Under the pieces are notes generated by a model. The model searched no databases. It worked only from the letters and a program-made list of their open reading frames with translations, and was not told where the DNA came from. A DNA stretch of 64,000 nt from the human T2T-CHM13v2.0 reference genome, Homo sapiens, in the NCBI RefSeq assembly GCF_009914755.1, contig NC_060934.1; one strand, written 5' to 3'. A program made the translations under genes and the position numbers. Each line of letters begins with the position of its first letter. The stretch's first letter is position 1. Positions 12,980 through 27,678 of this stretch are shown in pieces.

Positions 12980-13913
12980 TTACCCTGTAAAGTAATCACA
13001 GAGATAAGGATGGATAAATTTAAAGCAAAAACAAAAACAGCAATGACCACACAAAACATTGCAAAATCCCAAAGTGCTCTGGAACTCTGGAACACATTAA
13101 ACACATGAGCGGCCTCGGCTTTGGTGAAGCTGGCCATGCCCTGCCTTTGAAACACCAAGACTTGGCTTAGCAATGTAGTCCAGTTGTGCTCTACTTCTAG
13201 AAAAATTTTGTTGGTGAAAATTTAAACCTTAGGAAGCAAAGTTTCAGGAGATGGGCATTCGTACTTAGTGAGTTATTGAGTTTACTTGCATACCAAATAA
13301 GATGTTAGCATGGCAGTCAGGGCGTCTCGTAACCCAGACTCTATCCACATACCCATTTAATCTCCAGCTATACTGAATCCCCTGCCATTCCCAAACAGGC
13401 TTGTATTTTCTGCCATGGCATCTTTGAGCTATTTTCTTCTTTCTGGAATGTTCCTCCATCTATACCTACCTATCAAAACCCTATCTATCCTTCAACGTCC
13501 CCTCCTCTACAAAGACTTTCCCAGTTACCCTGAAGGTATCCTCTCCTTCAGAACTTCTAGAGACCTTTACTTACACACGTCCTTTATTTACACACGTCCT
13601 TTATTTATGCCACATTCCACCTCATGTAAACTTTGCCATTTCCCAAGACCGACCTCACTCTTCCACCTCAGTCTTCCCTATTTCCCCCCAAGCCCCACCC
13701 GTAACTGTTGCTAAGAAGAAAGAGAGATGAAAATTTTTCACCCATTTCAAAAGTAACTGGGTTTTCACCAGTTAAAGCAGAAAGTGTTGGCATCAAGAGG
13801 TGGCAAGAAGTCAAAGTACTAACAAGAAGTGGAGCTGCATCAGGCATGATTGCCCCTAGCCAAATGACTGCTCTCCCTGTCTCTCATGATTTCTTCTTCT
13901 CTTACTACTCCCC

Positions 13914-14212
<299 letters not shown>

Positions 14213-14242
14213 ACCACAGCACTTTATGACACTGCTACTACT

Positions 14243-14283
14243 ACACACACCACAGCCACACACACACGCACACACACACACAC
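14243..14283 (+). repeat. Imperfect (CA)n microsatellite
   Basis: Seen directly. Confidence 0.85.
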
Positions 14284-14645
14284 TTAACTCAGCCATATGA
14301 AAGCATTATGAATCTCTATGAGGAGTGCTTTTTTTTCAACCACTGCAAAATAATTGTGTATCTCATAAATGTAGAGATCCATTTTTAATATGGAAACTTG
14401 TGAACTTACTGATTCTTTCCTATTGACAAAAACCTTCAATCCTTGGATTTCTATTTCTTCTCCAGACCACGCTCATCTAACTTCCCAAGCAACACTCCAG
14501 TACACACAAAATTACATTCTAAATTACATTGATTTTGACTTCATTTTAAGTTACATTGTATTTCTTTCTATTGAACCAAAGGGCAAATTTGAGCAACTAA
14601 TCTCCTGATAAATACAGCCATCAAAGAGGAGAACCCCCCACCCAG

Positions 14646-14661
14646 CGCACGCACGCACACA

Positions 14662-14693
<32 letters not shown>
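14646..14693 (+). repeat. (CGCA)n(CA)n microsatellite
   Basis: Seen directly; alternating purine-pyrimidine tract. Confidence 0.9.
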
Positions 14694-14694
<1 letters not shown>

Positions 14695-17600
14695 TGCTCT
14701 TCATAATTTGAATCTAATCTGAGGAAGAAGAGCCCTCATCAAGTCAAGCACCAAAGCTCTCTGGCAAGATGCAATCTGACCTTAATGGCACAATTATGAC
14801 TCTCCTGCACATCCTGTTACTTGTTTCCTTCAATCTTCATTACATTCATGACTTATTTCACATCTTCAATTTCAGCTAGTGCTTAATTGAGCTCCTAAAG
14901 TAGTTTAATTAGTTGCTGGTAAACATTTATGACTTAGGCCACAGATCCACTGTATGCTACAGCACCCACCAGAGTGGGGGCGAGGGGAGAAACGGGAGTC
15001 TCTGCTGTCCCTGTTTGTCCCATCGGCTAACTGGTAAGAGATCTTTATGTGTGTTCTCTTTCAAATGACAGCAACTGACTAATAGCTGATAACAATCCCT
15101 ACTTTATCAAAGACAACACCATTATTTTCATATACTAACGCTATCAAAGAAAGTGCCGCCACTCAAGTAGACAGGCTGCTGCCTAGTTAGCAATGGGGCA
15201 GTCCAGAGGGGTCCCATCTCCTAATTAACCATCCGTCTAGGGACCTCAGCCTGTCTCCGCACTAATCTTTCAAGAGCTATCAAAACGAGCAAAGCAAGTA
15301 GTAGATATTTCAGCCCTTAGCTTTATGGGATATAATTCCTGTCTCATTGAATCATTCATTCAATAAATATTTCCTGAGTACCCACGCAACCCAACTGAGG
15401 ACACCATAATCCAATAGTTCCCAGAATTTAGACTTAATAGATCAGTAAAATTTCAAAAATATTTGATGGGTTAACAAATGCTGCCAATTTTTACTTTTGT
15501 TGAGGGAGGCCAAGGCAAGATGAGCAATGGGTCTCCCCACTCAGAGAGTGGAACAGAACTGGCTAATGGTAGAGGAATGGCAGGAAAAAGGTAACTGTAA
15601 ATAAGCAGACACATGTGCAGGATGAGAAACATGCAAAAAGTAAAAAACATTCTCTGGTCTCAAAGTTGAATGTGTTAAGAAGACTTGAAAATGGTAACAG
15701 AGGCATACCCATAGCCAAGTTAGTAAAGCTTGGAGGAGGGATAGCACCATAGCTGTAATATTAATAACTAGGCGGACTGTTTTTCCAGCTCCCTCCCTCC
15801 CCACCATATTTCCAGAGACAGGCCCACATCACCCTAGCAAAGGGCTCAGCCACCATCAGGGTCTAAAGCCAGCTATCTCATAGCCAGGGAAATCTTGCTG
15901 AGTCATCCTGGGCCCATCCAAGTCAGCTGTGACCCTGATTTTGGTTACTGGGCTTTCTTTGTGACCCAGCCTGTACCTTCTAGCCCAGTTTCTGTTAACT
16001 CTTTTCTTCTTTGACTCCTGGGGCCTTTTCTTGGCTTCTTTCCAGTAGCCCACCAGTCTTCTCCAGGATGGGAATTTTAACTCTTTAAGTCTCAGTCCTC
16101 ATGCTGAGTCTCTGACACCTATAGCCAAGCATTCCCAGTAAGAGCTCCCACACAGATGAAACATTGACAATTGCTTATTCCCCCTCCTGCTGCTGGGAAG
16201 CCCCTGGTAGGCTTTCTCTGAACTTCCTGCCAGCCAGCCTCCCTGCCTGAACCTACAGGTATTGCTTGTTACCAGACTTTGCTGATGCTATTCCACCCAC
16301 CAAAGAAAACTGGTTCCAAGGGAGCTGGCAACCCCAGAAATAGTGTTCAACATTCTGCTTGCATATATATGTGTGTTTGTAATTTCTAGAGAGAGCTCTT
16401 AGCACTTCTCAGCTTCTAAAAGAGTTCCATGACTCTGAAAAGGCAAACACAAAAACAAAACCCACTGCACTAGGGCCATTTCCTGACTGAGAAATCTGAC
16501 TTTTGTATTCCAGGCTGGTATTTATTCTTATTTTATAACAAAGCCAGGCTTTAATGAGGGGAATGCATTTACAAAGGATCCCTAGTGTTTGCAGAAACCA
16601 GGATTTAAGTCCAGTTTTCCTATTTCCTTTCTAGTTCACCTCGGGCCTATGTGCGGTCTTCTATCAAACAACTTTTATATTTCCCTTTCTTGGTCATGCT
16701 ACCCACTGGCATCTCTTTTTAACAAGATAATACAGTGCTTGGCACATTGTAAGCACTTAACACATGTCAGCTGTTGATATTATTTCTCTCAATGAAGTGG
16801 GACCTCTTAGTTTAGAAAAGTGAAAATTCATGTTTTCATGGCTCTTCTCCCTGGAAAACAATCAGTTTAATTCCTACACAAGTTCCTTTTCCTAAGAAAA
16901 GGCAGACTCCTCCACATGTGCCCTTAGTTTCTCTAAGCCTCAGAGAGATGCAGGATGACAGGAAAGTGCAGACCTGCCCCCAGACGATGTTTATGTCTCA
17001 ATGGCCACGAATATGAAGAAGTATGGGTTTGATAGTCAATGCCTGTCCAAGGAAAACCGGGAGGTAGTTTGTACAGTCCGTGAGGGTACCCTGGGAGTTT
17101 TCCTTCATCATTTCATGTGGTCTCTCTGTCCCTCTCACTACTTTAGCAAGTAGCTAAAGTATTAGCTGGTAAATGAGGAGCTGAGAGCGATGAGGTCTGA
17201 GAATTCACTGGCACTTTCAAAGGGAACCCAGGTCTCAGCTGAGGTTTTCTGAGGTCACCAAGCTGCCTGCAGTGGCCAACTGCTGAAGAAGCCACCCACT
17301 GCCAAGGTGTCCCGAATGCTGGGCATCCCAGGTCTGGGATCTGATCCCTGGAGTATCTCAACGTCACTCCTGAAAACCAGCTGCACTCAGTGAGCTTTCC
17401 CCTGTGACCCTCCATGCCATCCTCTGGCTTCTCACAGGGTGAGCCTTGGCATAGCACTTCAGAAATATCTAAGACCTTAGATCTTATTCTTCTGCAGAGA
17501 CCCTTGACTCAACATCATTCAAAATGTGTATATCTTGATTTTACAGCTCAATCAGAAGAGCTTCCCCTCATAATTTGATTTCTTCTTAATTTTTACCCAA

Positions 17601-17949
17601 TTTCTTTATTTATATATATTCCCCCAAGATATCCGTCCCACTCCTATCTTGAATTAAGTCTGTCAATTAATTTTTGAAAGAGGCAGCAAAACTGACAGGA
17701 TACAGAGGTGGTCCAGACAGCTCTTTTCTTGTGCAAAACTTTCATCGCAACTTGGAAATCTCAAAAAGAAAAATTATTAAGCAAGTTACCTTCTTGAGAA
17801 TTTTAAACATGAGACATTCTTACTGTTTTCTGGAAATTGTTTAACCCCATGATGCAGTAACATATCTAACTTAATAAGTCTTTTGTATTTGATAACAACC
17901 ATGGTATTTAGTCTTTGGTATTTAGTCCTCATTCAAAATGGAAACTGCC

Positions 17950-19250
17950 TTTATTTCAGAGCAATCAAATAAATCTAATTTAAATAGCAAAGCCTTTTGG
18001 AATACAGAGACTCACCTCTCAATGCAAAGAACAAATATTTGCATTACCTATTTATATTAAAATATGCAGAAATTTCCCAAGCATTCAGCCAACTTATAAA
18101 TTTTTATAACTTCTTTGGATTGTTAACATTTTTTTTAACACACTGCATTATTTCAGCTTTGTGAAGGGCTCAATAACAATCTTTCTGGTCAGGAAAAAGG
18201 AAAGGACATTAGAATAAAGAATGCAGAATAAATAAAAACAAAACAGTACAGCCCGTACATCCACTCATACAAAGACAACTTTCATGGTGAGCTATAAGCA
18301 ATTATAATAACACAATGCCTTCATGTTGATTTCAGCAGTGAAAAGAATTTCTCTAGTTATTGAAGACTTTCCTGGCTGAGTTTCAGAAAAAAAATATCTG
18401 ATTCTATCCCAATCTGACTTCTGTGCAATGCAAGTCATGCACATTTTAAACGCTGATATATAATGCTGCCATTCTTCCACGAACTGTTAACAGCTGTAGA
18501 AACTATTATAGCCAGCTTCAAAACATGTCTGTGTAGTCAGTGCTCTCCAGACACTTAGCAATCCCAAAGCTATTCCTGGACTCACTCGGATTGCAGTGCG
18601 AACACAAAGTTTTGATTTATCTTGGTAATGAAACAACAAACTTCTGATCTTTCCTCTAAATGGCCATTCAGATTACATGAACAGCATGTGCTTCGGGGGA
18701 AAGTGGAGGGCAGAATTTACAGAAACAAAAAGGAAGCAAGAAAATAAATGAAGGGGCCACCCACAGTTACCTTAAGGAAAACCCACAGATGTCAGTACAA
18801 AGCACTGTACTGGAGTTCCATCTTGGGACCACAAAAGGCACTTGTGCTTGGAGAGAAAGAAAGAGCAGTGCAGGCTTTGGATGGGGAGGTGATCCAGCAA
18901 AAGCTTGTGCTGTGATCAGGGAGATGGGCAAAGCTGGTGGTGGACATTCACATGCCCAAGCTGCCACTCTGGCCATGAGCGAAGACGCACAAAAGCCATG
19001 AGATTCACATTTAAACTGAAAGTTCCACTTCAGTGAATGACAAAATCCCCTGAAATTGACAAACTCATGCAAGGGAATTTTTTAGTTGTAGCAATCCAAC
19101 CACCCCCAAAAGCAAAATGTCCATGGGAGACCTTAAGCTACAAAGTTCCCTTATTCCATATTTGCCAGCTATAACTCAGCTAGTTAGCAGTGCTTCACTA
19201 AAATGCTGTATTTCAAGCTAACCATTACAAGATTTCACCTAATCCTGCAT
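17950..19250. promoter_or_regulatory. Candidate EGR2 distal enhancer (possible myelinating Schwann cell element, MSE)
   Basis: Repeat-free block with octamer ATTTGCAT 18037-18044, inverted SOX pair CACAAAAGGCACTTGTG 18830-18846, several ACAA(A/T) SOX cores, YY1-like AAATGGCC 18658-18665 and GGAAA NFAT cores. About 44 kb 3' of the EGR2 TSS. Identity with the MSE is inferred. Confidence 0.45.
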
Positions 19251-19784
19251 CTAAGTTGTTCATAAAAATGGAAAGATTGATACAGACCCAAAATTCAAAG
19301 ACTGTCCACTCCTAATGATTAGTGATGTAACATGAAGAAATCTCTGTAAGATATTATAAGGCTTCTGTTTTCCAACTTAGAGACCAAGAAGGTGGTAAAC
19401 TTGTACCTTCTTAAGATAAGCAATGTGCTTACTTCCCTCTCTTGCTGGCTTGGATAAAGAAGGAATGCCACTGTATTCATTCACTTCCCAGTCATTGAGA
19501 CTGCTCTCCACACCGTGCAGTGCGGGAAGGAACACCAGAAGCCTAAAAGGTCCAGCCTCTATTCTGAAGGAGTTTCAAATCTAGTAGGAAAGAAAACACA
19601 CATGGGTATAGGAAAATGGTAGAAAATGAAGTATATTCTGAATGGGTTAGAGTTGAAGGGCTGTCTAGCTGTGGTCAAGTTATTCAGTCTTTCTGAACTT
19701 AGAATCTAGGTATAACTGAAATGTTGGAGGAAGAGAGGTGCCAGGATAGCTGTAGTATCTACTTGAGATATTGTTCATTGCTTT

Positions 19785-20330
19785 TATATCAGTTTGTATG
19801 TATCAAGTTGCAGGTCATAGAATACCCAACTCCAGTCATTTAACAAAGAGGCCATTTAGTTATCTCACATAACCAGAGATTTGAAAGTAGGTAGTTCCCA
19901 ATTTGGTCTCATGATTCAGGATCTTTTTATCTTTTGTGCCACCATTCTCTAACATGATTGTTTTTCCCCATGATTGCTGCCTCATGTTGTCGATGGGGCT
20001 GCTATAGCCCCTAAAATCACATTTACATTCATGGCGGGAAGAAGATGAAAAGGGAGGCCCAGTAAGCTTTCTTCTAACACTTGTCCCTGTTATCAAGAAA
20101 ACAAAAGCTTTCACAGAAGCCCCATCCCCAAAGGTTTTCTGCTTATTAGCCAAAATTCTATTATATGACCACCACTAACAGCAAGAAAAACTGGGAATGT
20201 GTGCATCTGTGCATCTAAGCCTATCCTAGCACACATGCAGTCAGCACAATGCTGCCAGCAGTCAGTCCCAGCAGTCAGCACGATGTTGCCAGAAGAAAAC
20301 AGGTTTCTGAAAATGGCAGCTAAGTAGTCA
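19785..20330. mobile_element. Degenerate MLT1-type LTR remnant
   Basis: GTTGCAGGTCATAGAATACCCAACTC..TTATCTCACATAACCAGAG resembles old MLT1J/K. Confidence 0.45.
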
Positions 20331-20579
20331 GTTAATAGTGTTTCCTGTATTCCCTTCTTTTTTGTTTTCTATCTTGATAAAAAAATAAAAACTTAAGATT
20401 TTCTTTTTGCTGTTACAAAGAAGCAGAAATATGACTTCTGTTTTTCATGCAGAGTACTTTTATCTTGTTTCCAGTGATGGTAGGGTATAAATCTCAGCAT
20501 CATCTTCTCTTCCAGTGCCATAGAATCATTTCATTAAATGAAAAGGGATCTGTGGTATTGAAACATAAAGTACTTGGAG

Positions 20580-21470
20580 CAGACAGTATTGGTCGCCCAC
20601 CTTACAGCCATTAGCCCCAGGTCTTCTTTAAAGTTAGCTGGACCCTGATCTTGATCACCTTCTGTATGACAATATGCTCAGTGAAGATGCCCCTTTAAAA
20701 CTTCAGGGATGAGTTTTAATTAAACTAAATTAATCATAGTCACTCTATTTTCTAAATCAGAAATTGGTTGAGGAATGAGTATGCAACATAATTCTGGCCA
20801 ATCATGAGGGGAAAGTCTGCTGAGGACCTTCTAGGAAAAACTTTCTTCTTTGATAAAGAGACAAATGGAGAAACTGTCCCTTTCTTCATCTCAAAGAAAA
20901 TAAGTGAGGATGGGCCAGGCAGGGTGGCTCATGCCTGGAATCCCAGCACTTTGGGAGGCTGAGGCAGGCAGATCATGAGGTCAGGAGATCGAGACCATTC
21001 TGGCTAACATGGTGAAACCCTGTCACTACTAAAAATACAAAAAATTAGCCAGGCATGGTGGCGTGCACCTGTAGTCCCAGCTACTCAGGAGGCTGAGGCA
21101 GGAGAATGGTGTGAACCTGGGAGGCGGAGCTTGCAGTGAGCCGAGATCGCGCCACTGCGCACTCCAGCCTGGGCGACAGAGTGAGACTCTGTCTCAAAAG
21201 AAAAAAAAAAAAAAGAAAATAAGTGAGGATGAGGATGAGATACCTGGAGCATTAGCAGCCATCTTGCAACCATGAGGGGAGAAACCTAAGACCAACATGT
21301 TAAGAATAGCAAACACAACCTGGGCCTTGATATAATTGTTGAACCACTGAATTAACCAATCCTGAAACTGCCCTACCTCTAGGCTTTTTATTAGGTGAGA
21401 TAATAAATCCCTCCTTACTTCAGAAGCTTAGAGTTTGTTTTCTGTGTGCCCAAATCATCCTCATTGACAT
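20580..21470 (+). mobile_element. MLT1-type LTR remnant interrupted by AluY
   Basis: TTCTGGCCAATCATGAG.., GCAGCCATCTTGCAACCATGAGGG, CCTACCTCTAGGCTTTT..GTGAGATAATAAATCC are MLT1 motifs. Confidence 0.5.
20913..21211 (+). mobile_element. AluY
   Basis: GAGATCGAGACCATTCTGGCTAACA and GAATGGTGTGAACC..GCGGAGCTTGCAG diagnostics. Long TSD AAAGAAAATAAGTGAGGATG at 20893-20912 and 21212-21231. Confidence 0.95.
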
Positions 21471-22012
21471 GGTACTATCCTAATTAGCATATCTCCCAGG
21501 CTCCATATTTTCATTAATAACCTTATTTCTCTAGCAGCAGCATCAAACTCTCATCAATGCTCAGCTATCTGCAGGATAATGTGCAGTGCTTTGATAAGCT
21601 CATGATGGCTTATCCTCATGCTCCATGCTGCCTCCTCAGCCTCAGCAGAACCAGATATTCTGAAGTCTACGTGGTCAGAAAACTCCACTTCAGTCATGGT
21701 TACAAAAGGCTCTGAGGCTCTTCAGGTTCACCACTGAAGGTTCTCTATTTCCCTTCAGCCACCCACAACCTGCCTACCCTGAAGCGTCTCACTGACTGAC
21801 TCTAAGAGGGGGCCGCATACACTGCTCCTGAACACACAAGCAAAGGGGTGTTAGATGCTCGAAGGAGAAAGCCTATGGAAATAACAAAATCATTTGGCAG
21901 AGAAAAAGAGATCTATATATGACAAATTTGCTATAATTTGGGGCTTTTATTCTTATAAGTGAAGATATAACATGTCTTGTGCGCAAATTATATGGAAAGA
22001 TGAAAAAGCTGT

Positions 22013-23110
<1,098 letters not shown>

Positions 23111-24299
23111 ACAGGCCAGGTTACCAAGAGAGCTGATTAGGTCCCATCTGTTCAGTGCCACCTTCAGATCCACAGGGTGGCTGAAGTCAGAGCCAATATA
23201 AATATAAAACAGAGGGAAAAAAAAAAAAAACTTGACTGGCTTCTAGTTAACAATGTTTTAACAACTGCTTTTTTCCTGAACAAATTAAAAAAAAAAAAAG
23301 TTCAGGTATTGTAGGTCAAGATGCTCTGGGAGGTTGATCGCAAAACACCACAGCTGGTCTTTACACAAATAGAACAAGACTTTTCCACCTAGAAAGGGGT
23401 CTAGGTAATACTTGGGGAAAGTATACATTTCCCCTAAGGATGCTGCTATTGCTTAAAACACTTGGAGAACTTCTCCTTCATAATTTCCTTTCAGAGCCTT
23501 AAGCACATTCTTTAGAATATTCTCAGTGGTGATGTACCTTTATAATTTAAATTTTTATTTCATTTAGGGGATGGGTGGGAAGATTTTAAAGGAAATGATG
23601 GGGAGATTTAAGTAGCCAACAATCTTTTGAAGGAAAACCCAATGAATAAAGTTGGTCAGTAAAAAAGGTTAGTGCTTTTTCACATCCATCTTATTCACCA
23701 AAAAGAACAGTTTTCAAATGGGAAAAGAAAGGCAGCTATCATTAAGAAGGCACTAAAATTTAAGACAGATTTTTTAATAATTGCTAATTTAAATGAGAAG
23801 AATTGCATCCCATGTGCCTCCCTGCAAAAGACAATGAAAACAAAAATGTTTCAGATGTAATCAGAGAACCATAGTCAGTGACATTTTAAAAATCAGGGAG
23901 AAAGACTAAGGATAGATCAAAGCCCCTAAGACTAAGATATAATCCTAAGACTAAGGATATTTCAGAGAGAAGGAACAGATTGGGAGAGGAAAAAATGGAA
24001 TCCAGAAATTTCATGTTGTTTCTAGAAAAATTCTATGATAGGGTGTTAAAATATGACTCCAAATTATAGAATGCTAGATATAATTGAGTTCATAGTTTTC
24101 CAGATTTTTTTTTTAAATGGTGGGTAAAACAGACAAATTGACTTGCCTGAAGTGATAAAACTAAGCATCACAGGGAAATCCAAATAATCACCCAAGTTTA
24201 CATCCTGATGCCTTCTTACAACACTTAAAAAATAAAATAATGATCACTAGAAAGAAGTGGGTTCAGAAAGAGACCAACAGAATCCACAAAGTCACAGCA

Positions 24300-25420
24300 A
24301 AGTCATCTTTAATAAGTGATTAAATAGGGAAACACCATAGAGTCAGTGTATCAGCATTCTAGCAAAGCATTTCATTCAGCATTGGGTGATATCCTTGCAG
24401 ACAAGATGGGAAAATGCCACCAGGTGCTAGTAACAGCCAGGAGGATTTAGAATAGTTGGGTGGTTTAACAGTCATAGCAAACTTGTGGGTAGAGGCCACC
24501 TTCTGTGTGCAGCAAGGCTCTCATTGAAACATCTGTATTATGACTTTGGGGTAGAGATGGCAAGTATGTTTATCAAATCTATGTTATAATACTAAAAGAA
24601 AATTTGAAAAATTGACGTAGAATTCAACCACCACCATTATAAATTGTATATATACGCATATATATACACATACACATATGTAAACACATATATGTATAGA
24701 TACATATACACACTCATATATGTATATGTGTATATAGGATGGAGGAAGCTGGCTTATAATGGTTCACATTAAAACAAATTTAAAAATAAACAACAGCAAA
24801 TAATTCTTACTTGACCACAAATTCAATAGAAGCCACCAGGGCAGTATGGATACCAAAAAAAGCAAACAGTCTTAATCCGTATGAACAGATAGTGTCATTG
24901 TCCCCCCCACACTTTGGTGTAGGGGCTTCAGTGACTCCATCCAGAGGATTATGTTTCATTCCCAGCCCTAGGTTTCATGAAGAACCTCCACAAACTAAGT
25001 CAGCCCAGACAAGGGTGACCAGAACAATGAAAGCCAGAAACTTGAGAAGGGGAGAATCTGATATGCTTAGCTTGAGAAGAGAAAGCCTAGATGTTATAGG
25101 ATGGTTGGTTGTCTTCAAATATTTGGAACAAGTCATGAGAAAGGGAGGGAAGGCATGTTGTATGTAAAAGGAAAGAACTCTGGCTGCATAATAGAAGAAG
25201 CCAGATTCATCTTCACATCAAGAACTTTCTTACCAGCCTTCCTGGCCAGCAAAAGGATGGATGGCTGCCTCGCCATGTGTGGTCAACAATGGGTGCTTCA
25301 GCACCACAAGGGCTCGAGGGAAGTTGGGTGACTATCGGTCAGGGAACCCCTGGGAGACATTCCTGCAGCTGGAATTAGAGGATAGATCAGATGCTTTCCA
25401 AGAGCCTTTTCCAAAGTTAG
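24300..25420 (+). mobile_element. L3/CR1 ancient LINE remnant
   Basis: GCAAAGCATTT..ATCCTTGCAGACAAGATGG, AGGGTGACCAGAACAATGAAAG, TTAGCTTGAGAAGAGAAAG..GTCTTCAAATATTTG resemble the CR1/L3 ORF2 3' part. Confidence 0.55.
24647..24736 (+). repeat. (TA)/(CA) low-complexity repeat
   Basis: Seen directly. Confidence 0.85.
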
Positions 25421-26041
25421 AGTTGGGTTTTGTTTCCAAGAGTTGTGACCATGAGGTTTTGAGAATGATTTTCTCTCACAGCTCATCTAGCATCTCTTTG
25501 GGTCATTTTCAAAATAGGCTAATCTTCTTCTTAAGATTTTTATTCATGAAATTCTCTTCCACAAATTAGAACTAACATCCTTTCCCATTTCCACAATGCC
25601 TCCTCCACTAATCCCATTAGCCTCTTTCTAGGATATAGAGATAACTGTAAACTTGGCCAGAGAGCCAGCTTCAGGTGTTATCTTCCTATATTTGTCTCCT
25701 TCCTGTTATTGTCTGTTTGTGGCTCTTTTAGATTCTGAATCTCCTTAATAAGCTGCTGGGTCTAAAATTGGCCCTTTGCCCAGAGTGGGGTTTCCCCAGC
25801 CTAGAGGTATGAAAAGACACTTCACACTCTGTGGCACGGGGGAAGTCCCAAGGCCCCCACAGAGCTAAACTATTTTATTTTAAATATTAAATAGAAAAGG
25901 AGCTTGATTAGTGGGTGTAGAAAAGAGGGGAATTTTCAGTTGTGAAATAGTGACTAGATTTTCAGTTGTGAAACAGTGACTATTTTAACAATAAAAGATC
26001 ATGTCTCATCCTTGACTCACACATATACATCTGTTTGATCA

Positions 26042-26479
<438 letters not shown>

Positions 26480-27299
26480 TCAATGTCCAAGTGTTTCCCA
26501 CATACCAAAGGCCTTAGACAAAGTTTTGTATAACTTTCATCCATTAACAACTCACTGGAAAATGCCAGCGAATTTGGGAGTAAATTCATTCACCTTCTAT
26601 GGGTTAAAAATGGGACTCCTCAAGTCATCTGGACCCTTTAAAAAAATCTTCATAGCCTCCTTTAACAGACCAGTGGAGGAGAAAAAGCTGGGAGAGAGTC
26701 TATGTCTACTCAAGGCTATCACTACTGAGTCCAAGTGCATGGTAAAGATGAAAGAGAAACAGCTTGCATGGGTCTACTCATCCTATTAACCCACTGGGAC
26801 AAAGATCTAGAGGCAGGTCACAGTGCTTAAAGACTAACAAAGGAAAGTTAAAGGAATTGGCAATGAGGAGATGGAGGAAGCAGGAGGTGGAAGACGTTCA
26901 CTCTAAGCATCTGGATCCATAACTGGGCACTGAACTTTAAATTCCAAGCAAGGAGAAAGGAATGGGGTCCATACAGGTTAACCCTCAAAGGGCCCATAGC
27001 TTCCTCTTTGCTGTCCCATCCCCAGATTTGGAGCACGTGTGTAAATTGAGCCTACTGATATAACAATCTTGTCTGTCAGGGACCTCTCTGGTTCTTCCTA
27101 TGTTATACCAGCAAGAAGGGATGGAGGGTTCTTTGAGGATGATCCACTGAGATGCTAATCCACAAAATAATAACCCCAGGAGATGGGTTAACAAAGAACA
27201 GAAGGTGTGAATCATCAATAAAAGTAAAAATTTATATTTAGTATACATTAAGAAGTATACCCCAAAACTAGTTTTTTTTAAGCTGCCAAGATTATTCCT

Positions 27300-27678
27300 G
27301 CCTGAAAACATCTGCCAGGAAAGTTCTACTCAGATCTTACCGTGGCCAACTCCTTGTTGCCCTTCAGGTTCCACTCAAGTGCTACAATCACAGAGAGGAT
27401 TTCTTTGGTGTTCCAGACTAAAGCAGCCACCCAGTGGCTACTCTACTGTCCAGTTTATCGTTGTGTCACTCTTATTTTCCTCTCAGTACTTAGGGCTTTT
27501 TGCAAGATAATTATCTTCTTCCCTTGTTTCTTTTCTATTGTCTGCCCCTCCTTCTGGAATATGAACTCCATGCAGACAGGAATCTTGCTTGTCTTTTCAC
27601 TGCTATATTCCTCACCCATAGGTACCATGGAATGCATGGAATGAGTGTTTAATACACATTTGTTGAATGAATGAATGA
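27300..27678 (+). mobile_element. L2 3' end
   Basis: GAATATGAACTCCATGCAGACAGG..TTCACTGCT..ATTTGTTGAATGAATGAATGA, the L2 terminus. Confidence 0.75.
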
